A stretch of 64,000 nucleotides of DNA from an uncultured Acidobacteriaceae bacterium (GCA_963733325.1 CAVTCT010000006.1:141744-205743), one strand, 5' to 3'; shown: positions 31,945-42,636, counted from the first letter of the stretch. Notes: generated by a model not told the origin, from the letters alone. Made by a program: numbers and translations.

Positions 31945-32311
31945 AGACTCCCCTTTCAGACCCAGTGGGCGATTAGAGCACATTCAAGGGATGTACGGAT
32001 CGGAAGATTGATGCAATTTGTTGGGTCGTCTGAATGACGGAATCGAATGAGCGTTTGACGAAAATGACCAGATTATCGCCAGCCTTAGGTCGCTCCTAAT
32101 TGCTTGAAATCAAAGACGGGCAGCTCAATGAATTTCAGAACCACAATCAAATGCTTGACGACTCTGAGCTCTTCGAACCTGTTCGCGACTGAGCAGCACC
32201 GCCACGCTACATTTTGGTTCCTGGCCATTAGATCATCATGTCGATCAAACCAGACGATGTAACGGCCCGTTGGGACGCGACCGCCTGATAGGATGACTCA
32301 ACCGAACATTT

Positions 32312-34366
32312 ATGGCGTCTTCTTCCCGATCCGGCCGTCCCGGGCACTTCTCGGGCCCGCGCGAAGCAAGCAAAAGCTCTCCGCGACGGCAGCTCTGTTT
32401 GCGCCTGACGTCAGCCACAGTCCTCCTTTTGACACTCATGGTGTCTGTCTATGCAAACAGTTTGCACAACGGCTTCGTCTGGGACGACCACGAGCAGGTG
32501 GTAATGAACCCCGCCGTCCAGCCGCGAGCACCGTGGGCGCCGCTATTCTCGTCCGATGTCCGTTTCTCTCATCTGGGTCTTTCAGCACAGACCCACACCT
32601 ACCGCCCGCTACAGATGGCCACCTATTGGGCGATTGCAAACCTCGTTGGCATCGAACCCAGCGCGTTTCACGCTTGCAGTATCTTCCTGGCAGCGGCAGG
32701 AGTTCTCGCTGTTTTTTTCGTTTTCTATCTGCTAACCGCGAAGGTATCCCTTGCCTTCGTGGCGTCGGCTTTATTTGCAGTAAACCCCCTCCACAGCGAA
32801 GCAGTGGACTGGGTGGCGGCCATTCCGGACCTGGGTTGCGGACTGTGCCTTCTGATCGCTTTTGGGGGCTTTCTGATTCTCGAGCGGAATCGGAAGTCGG
32901 GTGCTCTTAGACGATGGTCGGACTGGTCCTTGTCGCTGCTTTCGCTTGTAGCGTTCGCAGCCGCCCTGCTATGGAAGGAGGCGGCGCTGGTCTTTCCCTT
33001 CCTGCTTGGCTCGTATGTACTGATTCTTGAAAGCACCGGGCGGAGGCGCGTGGTTTCTGCCTTGAAGGAGAGCGCGCCCTATTGGGTGATTTGCGGGGTC
33101 TATCTCGTCGCGCGCGTTCATGCGCTCGGAACTCTCGCAATCGGGGGCCGATCGTGGAACCTGAATCCGATCCAGTTCGCGCTTACCGATTCGCACTTGT
33201 TTGCCTTGTATTGGCTGAAACTCCTAGTGCCATTCCCCCTCAATGCGTACTACCAGTTTCGGCCGATCAGATCTAGTCTCGATCCTGGCGCGATCGCGGG
33301 CGTTCTTGTTGTGGTTTGTGTGATCGGCGGGCTTGTCTATTTGATCCGACACGCAGCATTGGCGGGATTTGCGGCACTGTGGGTCTGTCTCACGCTGTTT
33401 CCGGTTCTGGATATCAACGCCCTGGGTCGGAATGCGTTCACCGAGCGTTACCTCTACATCCCTTCGGTTGGGTTTTGTCTCCTGATTACGCTCGGCGCTG
33501 CATCGTTGATCCAGCAACTCGGTAGCCGGTATCGGAAGCCCGCGGGCGTAGTGCTCTTTGTCGTGACCGCCTCGGCGCTCGTAGCGGAGACGATACACCG
33601 CAATCCGGTCTGGAAAGCTGATGACACACTGTTTTCCCAAACGCTCACGAATTCTCCCGACGCCGCATTTGTGCGCAACATGGTGGCCAATGCTGAGAGC
33701 AACGATCCGTCGGAGTGGTCTTCCGCGGAGCAAAACTATTCGCGGGCGGTTACGCTCGCGAACAACGAAAATCCCCCTGATCACCTCGACCTGGTGACCG
33801 GTTACGACGGGCTGGCTCTGGTGTATATGCAGAGGGAGGAATACGGACGAGCGCTCCAGGCGCTCAATGAGGCGCAGCGGATCGCTCCCGGCAATTTCGA
33901 GAGCAACAATGTTCAGGGGTTGGTTCTCCTGCGGGCCGGCCGATGGCAGGAGGCAGAGCCGCTTCTGGAGAGAGCGCTCACGGCTGAGCCGCACAACGAG
34001 AACGTTCTATCTGAACTGGGCATCCTGGAGTGGCAGCATGTCCACGATTTGACGAAGGCGGCGGGGTTTTTCCATCGGGCTCTTGCGATCCACACCCAGG
34101 AGGACAATTTCAGCGCGTCGCTCTGCAGCAATCTGGGTGGCGTCGATGCAGATCGGGGCAACCTCAGCTCTGCGATCGAGGAATTCGGGACGGCGGCTCG
34201 CATTGCACCCGACGATCCCGAGTACCACACCAACCTGGCGAACGCTCTGGCCGCTGTCGGGCGATACGCGGAGGCTCGTCAGGAAGCGGAACTGGCACTG
34301 CAACTTGTTCCTCGATTCCCTCCCGCGGAAGCAACTCTGGATCATTTGAATCAGCTTTCTAAGTGA
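32312..34366 (+). CDS. TMTC-like GT-C glycosyltransferase with C-terminal TPR repeats
   Basis: FVWDD, YRP, NPLHSEAVDWV, WKE, ERYLYIPS, RNPVW, then TPR helices. Confidence 0.85.
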   Translation: MASSSRSGRPGHFSGPREASKSSPRRQLCLRLTSATVLLLTLMVSVYANSLHNGFVWDDHEQVVMNPAVQPRAPWAPLFSSDVRFSHLGLSAQTHTYRPLQMATYWAIANLVGIEPSAFHACSIFLAAAGVLAVFFVFYLLTAKVSLAFVASALFAVNPLHSEAVDWVAAIPDLGCGLCLLIAFGGFLILERNRKSGALRRWSDWSLSLLSLVAFAAALLWKEAALVFPFLLGSYVLILESTGRRRVVSALKESAPYWVICGVYLVARVHALGTLAIGGRSWNLNPIQFALTDSHLFALYWLKLLVPFPLNAYYQFRPIRSSLDPGAIAGVLVVVCVIGGLVYLIRHAALAGFAALWVCLTLFPVLDINALGRNAFTERYLYIPSVGFCLLITLGAASLIQQLGSRYRKPAGVVLFVVTASALVAETIHRNPVWKADDTLFSQTLTNSPDAAFVRNMVANAESNDPSEWSSAEQNYSRAVTLANNENPPDHLDLVTGYDGLALVYMQREEYGRALQALNEAQRIAPGNFESNNVQGLVLLRAGRWQEAEPLLERALTAEPHNENVLSELGILEWQHVHDLTKAAGFFHRALAIHTQEDNFSASLCSNLGGVDADRGNLSSAIEEFGTAARIAPDDPEYHTNLANALAAVGRYAEARQEAELALQLVPRFPPAEATLDHLNQLSK

Positions 34367-34455
34367 GAAATTAGGCAAGGCCCTGTAAGCCTGAAGCGTC
34401 CAATAATTCTGTTTTGACACTGATTACGGATTTGAATGCGATCTAAACCTCTAAT

Positions 34456-34917
34456 TCAGAACGATACCTCCGCCGGTTCCGTCACTCGCATCACCGACTG
34501 ATCCCCGGTCTTCTTCTTCCACGCCGAGCGGATTGCTTCGATCCTGGCGCGGTTCTCCGCCGTATCCGGGTAGTCGATGATCAGCATTTTCGAGCGCAAC
34601 CGTTCCGGCGTGGTCTGATTCTTACCTTGCCACTGTCCGTACACATCCAGCACGCTTAAGCCGTCTGGAAAGCGCGACGTTACTTCCCGGTCGAGGAAGG
34701 TGCGCCACTCCGTCTCGCTCACGCCCTGCTCGGGATGGTCAACCGGTCCCAGACCGAAGTACAGCTTCGTATCGACCCAGCCCTTCGTCTGGCCGGGGTG
34801 CGCCGAATCGCCCTGCAAAGTCGGAGCGGCATGCACCGAAGGCGCGGTGGGCTTATGCGCGCACGAGGCGAGCACAAGCGCCAGCAGAGGTGCACAAAAG
34901 GCTGGGCGGACGTGCAT
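34456..34917 (-). CDS. DUF3574 family lipoprotein
   Basis: Lipobox LASC; LYFGLG, FLDREVTSRFPDGLSV, QSVMRV. Confidence 0.8.
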   Translation of the reverse strand: MHVRPAFCAPLLALVLASCAHKPTAPSVHAAPTLQGDSAHPGQTKGWVDTKLYFGLGPVDHPEQGVSETEWRTFLDREVTSRFPDGLSVLDVYGQWQGKNQTTPERLRSKMLIIDYPDTAENRARIEAIRSAWKKKTGDQSVMRVTEPAEVSF

Positions 34918-34947
34918 TCAGGCTCCTGAAGTCGGGGCTCGAAGAAC

Positions 34948-35232
34948 CTACTTTTCTACTTCAACTCCACGCCAGAAAGCGACGTATCCTTTGATCTTAC
35001 GAGCAGCAGGCTTAGGGTCTGGGTAATACCAGGCCGCATCGGGATTATCCTGCCCATCAATATAAAGACTCATATAGCGCGCCTGGCCCTTCCACGGGCA
35101 GGTAGAGGTAGTGCTGCTAGGGCGGAAATACTCCCGCTTCAGGCTGTTTTCCGGGAAATAGACGTTTCCCTCGACGATTTCAGTAGTATCGCTCTCGGCA
35201 ATAACTTTGCCGTTCCATAGTGCTTTAGCCAT
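34948..35232 (-). CDS. DUF427 family protein
   Basis: WNGKVIAES, VEGNVYFP, CPWKGQA, AAWYYPDP, VAFW. Confidence 0.9.
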   Translation of the reverse strand: MAKALWNGKVIAESDTTEIVEGNVYFPENSLKREYFRPSSTTSTCPWKGQARYMSLYIDGQDNPDAAWYYPDPKPAARKIKGYVAFWRGVEVEK

Positions 35233-35387
35233 GATCTTTCACACCAGCGTAGGCCGTGGCAAGCAGCGCCTCGGCGAACGTCAATCGTTAGAACAGTAAC
35301 AGAGTTTAGACGCGGTGGCGAGTTCAGCGGATGCGAAGATTGTCATCGTTGCGGGGCGGGAGTTGGAGTTTCCACTAAGATTGGTTC

Positions 35388-35594
35388 GTGGGTTTGCTCC
35401 ACAAGGCGAGAATAGCGGTTTTCAGAGCTCGACTTCAGCTAGCCGAAGCTGAGCGCAACCGCATTGTGGAGATGACAACGAAGTCGCAGGTAAATCTGGC
35501 TTGGACTGCTTACCACCTTGATCGAATCGAGCACGAAATCCATGCATTGTCACATGAACTGAGATTGCTGGAAATGCGGGGGTCCGAGGAATGA
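35388..35594 (+). CDS. putative small coiled-coil protein
   Basis: 68-aa ORF alone in an intergenic gap with amphipathic heptad character; weak SD. Confidence 0.35.
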   Translation: MGLLHKARIAVFRARLQLAEAERNRIVEMTTKSQVNLAWTAYHLDRIEHEIHALSHELRLLEMRGSEE

Positions 35595-35778
35595 ACCTGA
35601 TAGATGTAACCAGGCAAGCCGGTGTGCCAATGATTCCTGCAGCAGCCCTGTCGCGACACCATTAATGCTACATTCTCAGTATGTCCATGCAAAGTACAGA
35701 ATGGTCTTGTAACTTGCTTAGAATAAGTAGCTTATTACTAGGTGATGGGGAAGTTCCCTCCAGCTATCGCAACCGGTG

Positions 35779-35825
35779 GGAACCGATGTCGAGCATGGCG
35801 CAATCCCCATGCTCGCTCGGGTTCC
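35779..35825. terminator. hairpin downstream of the 35844-36167 gene
   Basis: GGAACC..CGAGCATGG / CCATGCTCG..GGTTCC; no clear U-tract. Confidence 0.4.
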
Positions 35826-35843
35826 GCACTCTGCAGCGTTCGC

Positions 35844-36167
35844 CTACTTGGCTGCTTCAATCGAATCGATGTGAACAGACTTCTTGTCGGAGTCGGCAGT
35901 GGCCTTGACGGTCACGTGATCGCCGTAGAACTTCTTCACGGCATCGGGATTGTCGATCGTCCATACCTGCTTCTTTCCTTCGTCGACAAAGACCGGCGTC
36001 ATGCCGCCATCGATGCACTTCTTCACACACTCCGAACCCGAGCCTGCGTGCTTGGCGCCGCACATGGAATCGGAGATCCAGCCGTTGAGGGACTTGGAGT
36101 CAGCCGCGTTCGCCGCTATGGCGGCAAAGGAGACGGCAGCTACGAGCATTGCTATCATGCGCTTCAC
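35844..36167 (-). CDS. small exported Cys-containing protein
   Basis: Signal peptide; GWISDSMCGAKH..ECVKKC; GGAGG SD. Confidence 0.75.
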   Translation of the reverse strand: MKRMIAMLVAAVSFAAIAANAADSKSLNGWISDSMCGAKHAGSGSECVKKCIDGGMTPVFVDEGKKQVWTIDNPDAVKKFYGDHVTVKATADSDKKSVHIDSIEAAK

Positions 36168-36271
36168 TTTTTAGAACCTCCAGGGAATTGATCGTTTGTT
36201 CCGGCTTCCATAATGCTCCAGCGGGCTGAAGTTATACAAGGAGCGTTCGGAACGCGATTTGGCAGGATGAA

Positions 36272-36733
36272 CTACCGGACACGCCATTCTTGACTCGGCT
36301 GGAATCTTTGGCGGCGGGCTTCGACGTTCTTGAGAACTCCCTCATACCGGGCGGCAGCAGCCGTAAAGCGGTTGATTAGCTCGGAGGTCTTGTTCATGAA
36401 CGTCGGCATCTTCTCGCGAATCGGTTCCAGGATGTGGGCAAACTTGGCAAGAAGAAAAAAGCCCTCACCGTTGCAGTCGACAAAGAGCTCCGCTGAAACA
36501 GCTCCGTGCAGCACCATGGCTGCCCCCATCTCCCAATACGTGATGACCTGGCGGAAAAAGGCATTGTGCGGGTCGCCGGGATTTTGCGCGACCGCGAAAA
36601 ACTCCTCTGGAGTATTGGGCCAGAATTCGCCGGTCATCCACGCGCGTGCCTCACGCATCAGCGTCTCGGTGCGGAGTTCATACAGTTTGAGAATGATTTC
36701 AGCATCAGCCGGGGTTGCGAGCATACGTTCCAT
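36272..36733 (-). CDS. conserved hypothetical helical protein
   Basis: ADAEIILKLYELRTE..MREARAW..RQVITYWEM; follows topA. Confidence 0.7.
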   Translation of the reverse strand: MERMLATPADAEIILKLYELRTETLMREARAWMTGEFWPNTPEEFFAVAQNPGDPHNAFFRQVITYWEMGAAMVLHGAVSAELFVDCNGEGFFLLAKFAHILEPIREKMPTFMNKTSELINRFTAAAARYEGVLKNVEARRQRFQPSQEWRVR

Positions 36734-36858
36734 GAGATTTCTCCGAAAGCCCATGGTAACGGATTCAGGTGGAAACTGGCTCGGAAGCTGGCCGCGAATG
36801 CTGCGATGCGGAGCCAAATGGCCCCGCATCGGTCGTTCCAGCAGACTGCAAGCACATG

Positions 36859-39750
36859 TCAGGCCGGCTGCAATTCCTTCTTCGCCTCAGGCTTTTCGAT
36901 CACCGGTCCATGCGTCTCAGCGGTTGGCGGAGGCGGAGCGTCGCCAATGCGCTTTGAGTAGTGGCAGACGATCGCTGCGCCCGGCTCGGGGGCTTTCTTG
37001 CTTCGCCTCTTGGAGTTGGCTTCTTCTTCTGCGCCCTTCTTCTTGTTAGGGCATTCGAGGAAAATTCCGCTCTTGAGTGTTTTCTCAACAAGGTATGAAC
37101 TGCCGCATTCAGGACACTTTTGCGGAACCGGCTTGTAGTTCGACGTAAAGTCGCACTTGGGATAGTTGGTGCAACCCCAGAAGATATTCCCTCGGCGCGC
37201 TTTGCGTTCGGCAATATCGCCCAGGCCGCATTTGGGACACTTCATGCCCTCAATCAGATTCTGCTTGACGTACTTGCAGCCAGGATAACCGGAGCAGGAG
37301 ACAAACTCGCCATAAGCTCCCTGACGCAGGACGAGCGGTTTGCCGCAGACGGGGCAGGGTTCTCCGGTGGGCTCGGGTGGCTTTTGCTGTTGCTTCTGGC
37401 TCAGCTTGCGGATCGTCTTGCAGGGCGGATCTTCGTTGTAACCTGGGCAGCTCATGAACGGTCCGAACTGGCCGCGGCGCAAGACCATGACGCGGCCGCA
37501 GTTTTCGCAGTACTCTTCGGTGTCGCCAGCCTCCTGCGCCTCTGGCGTGTTCATGTCGGGCTTCGCTGCGATGTTTTCCTTCGTGAAGTCGCAACTCACC
37601 TGCTCGACGAAAATCTTCTTGCCCTTCTCTGTTGAACCATTCACCGCCTCCGCGATCGCGGAAACCAACTCCTTCGCATTTGCAACTTCCTTCGAATACA
37701 CCTTGGTGTCATCGACGACTGCGTGGACAGTCATTGGGAAATGCAGCGCTTTCGTGATCTTTTGTGTTACCGCCTTCGCATCCTTCTTCCACGGGCCCAT
37801 CGCAACTGTTACGGGCTTCTTTCGCGTGAAGTTTGAACACGCGTAGAAGCTGCCGAACTTGCCCCATTTGAGAACCAGTGGACTTCCGCACTTCTCACAC
37901 TTGTCGCCGGTCTCCTGCTCCATGCGCTTGATGTCGCGCATCTTCTTGCCGGCATCCTTAAGCTCGTCTTCGAAGTGGTCATAAAATCCGTTCAGCAGGT
38001 CGGTCCACTTCTCCTTACCTTCTTCAATGTCGTCGAGCTCTTCTTCGAGCTTCGCGGTGTACTTGGTGTCGAAGATGTACGGAAAGCTCTCGACCAGCAG
38101 GTCGCAGACCACCATGCCGATCTCGGTGGGATAGAAACGACCCCGCGAGCCGCCATGTTTCACAACGTATTCGCGATCCTGAATAGTGTTGATGATCGAC
38201 GCGTATGTGGACGGACGCCCTATTCCACGCTCTTCCAGTTCCTTCACCAGCGATGCTTCGTTGTACCTCGGAGGCGGTTCGGTGTAGTGCTCTTCCGGAA
38301 GAAGCTGCTCTAGATCGAGGTTCCTCACTCCGTCAAGATTGGGCAGTTTGTTGGCGAGCGAGTCTTCCTCGTCGTCGGCTTTCTTGTCTTCTGTAACCTC
38401 GTAGACCTTGAGGAACCCGTCGAATCGCAGGACCGATCCGCTCAGTCGGAAGTCATACGTCTTGCGATCGACCGCTGACTTGGCCTCGATCTTCGCGGTG
38501 GTTATGTCGTAGACCGCAGGCACCATCTGCGACGCGATAAAGCGCTTCCAGATCAACGTGTAGAGCTTGAGCTGCTCGTCACTCAAGTAGCGTGCAATCG
38601 ACTCCGGCGTGCGTGAAGCATCCGTCGGACGAATGGCTTCGTGCGCGTCCTGCGCGTCCTTCTTGCCCTTGTAGACGTTGGGCGAGTCCGGCAGATATTG
38701 CTTCCCGAGCTGCTTGCCAATCCAGGCACGTGCGCCCTCGACCGCATCCGGCGCCACACGCGGCGAGTCGGTTCGCATGTAGGTGATGAGGCCGGTTGTG
38801 CCCTCGTCGCCAATTTCCATGCCTTCATACAGGCGCTGCGCCACGCCCATGGTGCGGCGCACATTGAACCCGAGCTTGCTGGCAGCGTCGCGCTGCAGTT
38901 GGCTGGTAATGAAAGGAGCAAGCGGGCGGCGCTGCTGCTCGCGATATTGCACCGATGCAAGCGTCCACGCCGCGTTCTCAAGCGCGGCCTGCGCCGCATC
39001 CATCGACTTCTTGTCGGGCAGCGCGCTGGAGATGAATTGGTCCTTGCCGTCCTTGTCCTTGCCGTTGGGTACGCGGGCAGGTTCACCGTCGATGCCGACA
39101 AATTTGGCTTTGAAGCTCTTGTCGGACTGGCGCTCCGGATGGAGCAGCGCATCGATAGTCCAATACTCAACCGGCTTGAATCCGGCAATCTCGCGTTCAC
39201 GCTCCACGATTAGGCGCACGGCCACGGTCTGCACGCGGCCTGCCGAGAGCCCCCGGCGCACTTTGTCCCACAACAGCGGAGAGATCTGGTAGCCGACAAG
39301 CCGGTCAAGGACACGGCGCGTCTGTTGTGCGTCAACGAGATTTTCGTCGATATCGCGTGCATGCTGGAACGCATCCTGCACAGCCTTCTTGGTGATCTCA
39401 TTAAAGGTTACGCGGCGGATCTTTTTGCGTTCTTTGGCATTCGTGCCAAGTTGCAGCGCGAGGTGCGCTGCAATGGCTTCGCCTTCGCGGTCCGGGTCAG
39501 GCGCGAGGAAGATTTCGTCAGCGGCCAAGCCGGCTCTCTTTAATTGATCGACAATCTTTTCCTTGCCGGGCGAAACAACCAGCTCGGGTACAAACGTGCG
39601 ATTCTTCAGTTCCACGCCAATGTCGTTCTTGGGCAGATCCATGATGTGCCCGATCGACGCGCGGACCTCGAAGCCCTTGCCTAGATATTTTTCGATCGTC
39701 TTCGCCTTTGCGGGAGATTCGACGATCACCAGTGATTTGCTCATTGCCAT
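36859..39750 (-). CDS. topA: DNA topoisomerase I with C-terminal zinc ribbons
   Basis: LVIVESPAKAKT, DPDREGEAIA, SAGRVQ, LITYMRTDS, GIGRPST, four C4 ribbons. Confidence 0.97.
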   Translation of the reverse strand: MAMSKSLVIVESPAKAKTIEKYLGKGFEVRASIGHIMDLPKNDIGVELKNRTFVPELVVSPGKEKIVDQLKRAGLAADEIFLAPDPDREGEAIAAHLALQLGTNAKERKKIRRVTFNEITKKAVQDAFQHARDIDENLVDAQQTRRVLDRLVGYQISPLLWDKVRRGLSAGRVQTVAVRLIVEREREIAGFKPVEYWTIDALLHPERQSDKSFKAKFVGIDGEPARVPNGKDKDGKDQFISSALPDKKSMDAAQAALENAAWTLASVQYREQQRRPLAPFITSQLQRDAASKLGFNVRRTMGVAQRLYEGMEIGDEGTTGLITYMRTDSPRVAPDAVEGARAWIGKQLGKQYLPDSPNVYKGKKDAQDAHEAIRPTDASRTPESIARYLSDEQLKLYTLIWKRFIASQMVPAVYDITTAKIEAKSAVDRKTYDFRLSGSVLRFDGFLKVYEVTEDKKADDEEDSLANKLPNLDGVRNLDLEQLLPEEHYTEPPPRYNEASLVKELEERGIGRPSTYASIINTIQDREYVVKHGGSRGRFYPTEIGMVVCDLLVESFPYIFDTKYTAKLEEELDDIEEGKEKWTDLLNGFYDHFEDELKDAGKKMRDIKRMEQETGDKCEKCGSPLVLKWGKFGSFYACSNFTRKKPVTVAMGPWKKDAKAVTQKITKALHFPMTVHAVVDDTKVYSKEVANAKELVSAIAEAVNGSTEKGKKIFVEQVSCDFTKENIAAKPDMNTPEAQEAGDTEEYCENCGRVMVLRRGQFGPFMSCPGYNEDPPCKTIRKLSQKQQQKPPEPTGEPCPVCGKPLVLRQGAYGEFVSCSGYPGCKYVKQNLIEGMKCPKCGLGDIAERKARRGNIFWGCTNYPKCDFTSNYKPVPQKCPECGSSYLVEKTLKSGIFLECPNKKKGAEEEANSKRRSKKAPEPGAAIVCHYSKRIGDAPPPPTAETHGPVIEKPEAKKELQPA

Positions 39751-40051
39751 CCTTGATTCCGTATTACTGTATCCCATCCGGCCTGTTGGACTCGGACAGA
39801 GGCGTTCTGTTGCTTTTTAAGTTCGAAGGAAAATGTTCAACCCGAGAGGCACCGCGAAGCTGCCTCGCCCAGCTTTCTCATCGAAATTGGGCTGCAAGAT
39901 TTGCAAGCTAACACGGAAGGCATCCTCGTTTCCACTCCTAATCGGCTTTTCCCGCCTGCAGATCACTTGCATAGTAACGCGCAAAGTTTCTGAAATGTGC
40001 GGTTCATCGCTTCTTGTGCTGCATCGAAAATTTTGCGTGAACTTGCCGCAA

Positions 40052-41253
40052 TTAAAGTGTGCGAACGTAGTTCTTTCCCGGCAGGCAGCGTATGCGTCCG
40101 CTCATCTCCAACTCGAACAGCGCTGTAAAAACCTCGGACGAAGTCAGTTGAGTTTCCAGCTTTTCGAGAAGTTCGTCAATTTGCAGGGACTCGTCGGCGC
40201 GCAATGTCTTGCAGCACGATTGACTCTTCTGGCCGCAGCACCGGGTCAGGCAATAAGAGATGCGGTAGATTCCGATTTGGATTCAGTCCGAGCCTCGCGC
40301 TCCAGTTCCAGCCGCACTTGCGAAGGCAGGTCTTCCCACACATCCTCCCACGATCCAACGAGCTTGGCGCCTTGCTTTATCAGCGTGTTAGGGGTCCAGG
40401 AATTCTTGGAGGTGACGTTGCCCGGCACAGCGTAGAGATCGCGGCTCTGCTCCGCTGCGCAGCGCGCCGTCACGCGGGTGCCTGAGTTCTCACTGGCTTC
40501 GACCACCAGCACGCCGATGCTGAGGCCGCTGATGATGCGATTGCGCCGGGGAAAATTCTGCGGCGCCGGGAAAGTTCCCATAGGAACTTCACTGACGATG
40601 GCTCCTCCGGTGGCGAGAATGTCGTCGGCCAGCTTTCTGTTTTCCTTCGGATAGACCACGTCTATGCCCGTTCCCCACACAGCGATGGTGGGCGTACGCG
40701 CTGCTAGCGCGCCCTTGTGCGCGCAAGTGTCGATACCACGAGCCATCCCGCTCACGATGATCAGGCGGCGAGCAGCGAGATCGCGCGAAAGCATCTCTGC
40801 AACGCCTGTGCCATAAGGAGAAGGATGCCGCGTGCCCACGACCGCGATCCCTGGCCGCGACAGCAGTTGCACCGCACCGCGAACCCACAACACCGGTGGT
40901 GGATCGTAGATCTCTCTGAGCTGCTCGGGATACTCCGGGCATGCGAGTGTGACGATCGTCGCGCAGTGCTGCACGATTTTTCCCCACTCTTCATCGGCGG
41001 CGCGACGGGCTTTGCCGTCGAAGATGAACTGCGCGGCATCAGCCGGACAGCGAAGGCCCTCAAGTTCTGTGAGCGTCAGCGCAAACAGCTGGGCGGCACA
41101 TTCCAGCTCGGCGATCGCATCCGTAATGCGCTTGGGGCCAAGATGGGGAGTCAGCGCGAGCGCCAGCATAGCCAGCTGGTTCTCATCGATCTGCGTGTTG
41201 GAATGGCTTGGAGTAGAGCTTGAACTTGCGTCTTTCGATATCGACATCTGCAT
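40052..41253 (-). CDS. dprA: DNA processing protein DprA (frameshift near 40250)
   Basis: IYDPPPVL, AVVGTR, VSGMARGID, NFPRRNRIISG; C-terminal LPGKNYVRTL in another frame. Confidence 0.92.
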
Positions 41254-41396
41254 CTACGCTCGTGCCAGGCACACGTGCGCCTTCCGTTGAATCAGCTTGA
41301 AGAGCCTTCCTTAGTATTTGAGGCTCACCTTAAGCTGATGAGAAATGGAAGTCAAGGTGAAGAGTGTGACGGCCGGCACGCATGTGGAGAACTCTA

Positions 41397-41661
41397 GAGC
41401 CTGTTATTAACTTTCGCGTGGGCGGCGCTGGGAGACAATTTTATCGAGATCAAGGAGTGAGGAGCGACGCAGACCGAGTGTCTGCTAGCGACGAGGGACG
41501 CAGAAATCGGGAAAATTGTCCCCAGCCCTCCGGGTTGCGGCGCAGATCGGGCCATACTGCGTTGTCGTCCTCGCTTGGAATAGCCAAAGTCTTCGTCCTC
41601 CGCCTTGTCTGGCCCGATTTTCATCCGCAACGCCGTCCGCGGGAAAGTTAATAACAGGCTC
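41397..41661. mobile_element. MITE-like non-autonomous element, 265 bp
   Basis: Perfect 19-bp terminal inverted repeats GAGCCTGTTATTAACTTTC / GAAAGTTAATAACAGGCTC plus internal hairpins; no credible ORF. Confidence 0.8.
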
Positions 41662-41692
41662 CGGGGCCCGGGTTGATAGTCTATCGGATAGA

Positions 41693-42555
41693 GTGAATTC
41701 GACTTCGCACCGCCGGCTTCGTGTTGCCGCCATTCGTTTTCTGAATCCCGCACCGCTGATGTGGGACTTCGAACATCCGCCTCTGAACGCAGAGCTCGCG
41801 CAGCGCTACGAGGTCGAATGGATGCTGCCCTCGGAGTGCGCAGACCAACTGGCTGTGGCGCTGCGGATATAGGACTCGTGCCCATCGCATCTCTGGCGAC
41901 TACGCCGGGGCTGCGCATTTTGCCGGGCTGCACCATTGCCTCCAAGGGCCGAGTGCGCTCACTGCTGCTGGTGCGGCGCGCAGATCAGCCGCTCGAGAAT
42001 CTGCACAGCGTCGCCGCGGACACGGCGAGCCGCACGACACTGGCATACGCGCGCATTCTCTTCCACAAATGGGGCAACGCCGAAGTGCCCTTCATTCCCA
42101 TGGCCGCTGACCTCGATGCGATGCTCGACCACGCTGATGCCGCAATCCTGATCGGCGATCCCGCTCTGATGGCGCTCGAGGAGCGTGCCAATCGCTTTGA
42201 GCGCACCGGCGAAGAGCTGGTCTATCACGACCTCGCCGAAGAATGGAAGGCGCTAACCGGGCTTCCCTTCATCTCCGCCGTCTGGGGGGCTGCGCCGGGC
42301 AGCCCATTGGATGAGCGCGTTGAGAACGATTTCATCCTGTCCCGCGATCATGGCCTGCAGAACATCGACGCACTTGTCGAGCACTGGTCGCGCCAATTGC
42401 CCTTATCCGAAGGCACGATTCGCTCCTACCTCACAACAAATATTCATTACGTGCTGGATGAGGAGTGCGTAGAAGGTATGCGTGGATTCTTCAGAATGGC
42501 CGCGGAAACCGGCGCGCTGCCGGCATACGATTTTCCACTGGCGCCGATCGTTTAA
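41693..42555 (+). CDS. mqnA: chorismate dehydratase, futalosine menaquinone pathway (frameshift near 41850)
   Basis: RVAAIRFLNPAPL, ADIGLVP, ADTASRT, ILIGDPAL, DLAEEWKALTGLPF. Confidence 0.85.
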
Positions 42556-42592
42556 GAACTGCCATGATGAAAGATTGCCAGGAACAAGATGA

Positions 42593-42636
42593 GGTGCCCC
42601 CATCCATGCCGCGGTATTTTCGCGGCATGGGTGGGA
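42593..42636. repeat. REP-like GC-rich hairpin
   Basis: GGTGCC head followed by 15-bp stem CCCATCCATGCCGCG / CGCGGCATGGGTGGG. Confidence 0.55.

Noticed and set aside
35614-35629. Minus-strand sigma-54-like box TGGCAC-ACCGGC-TTGC
   Set aside because: The spacer is one base too long for the strict -24/-12 spacing.
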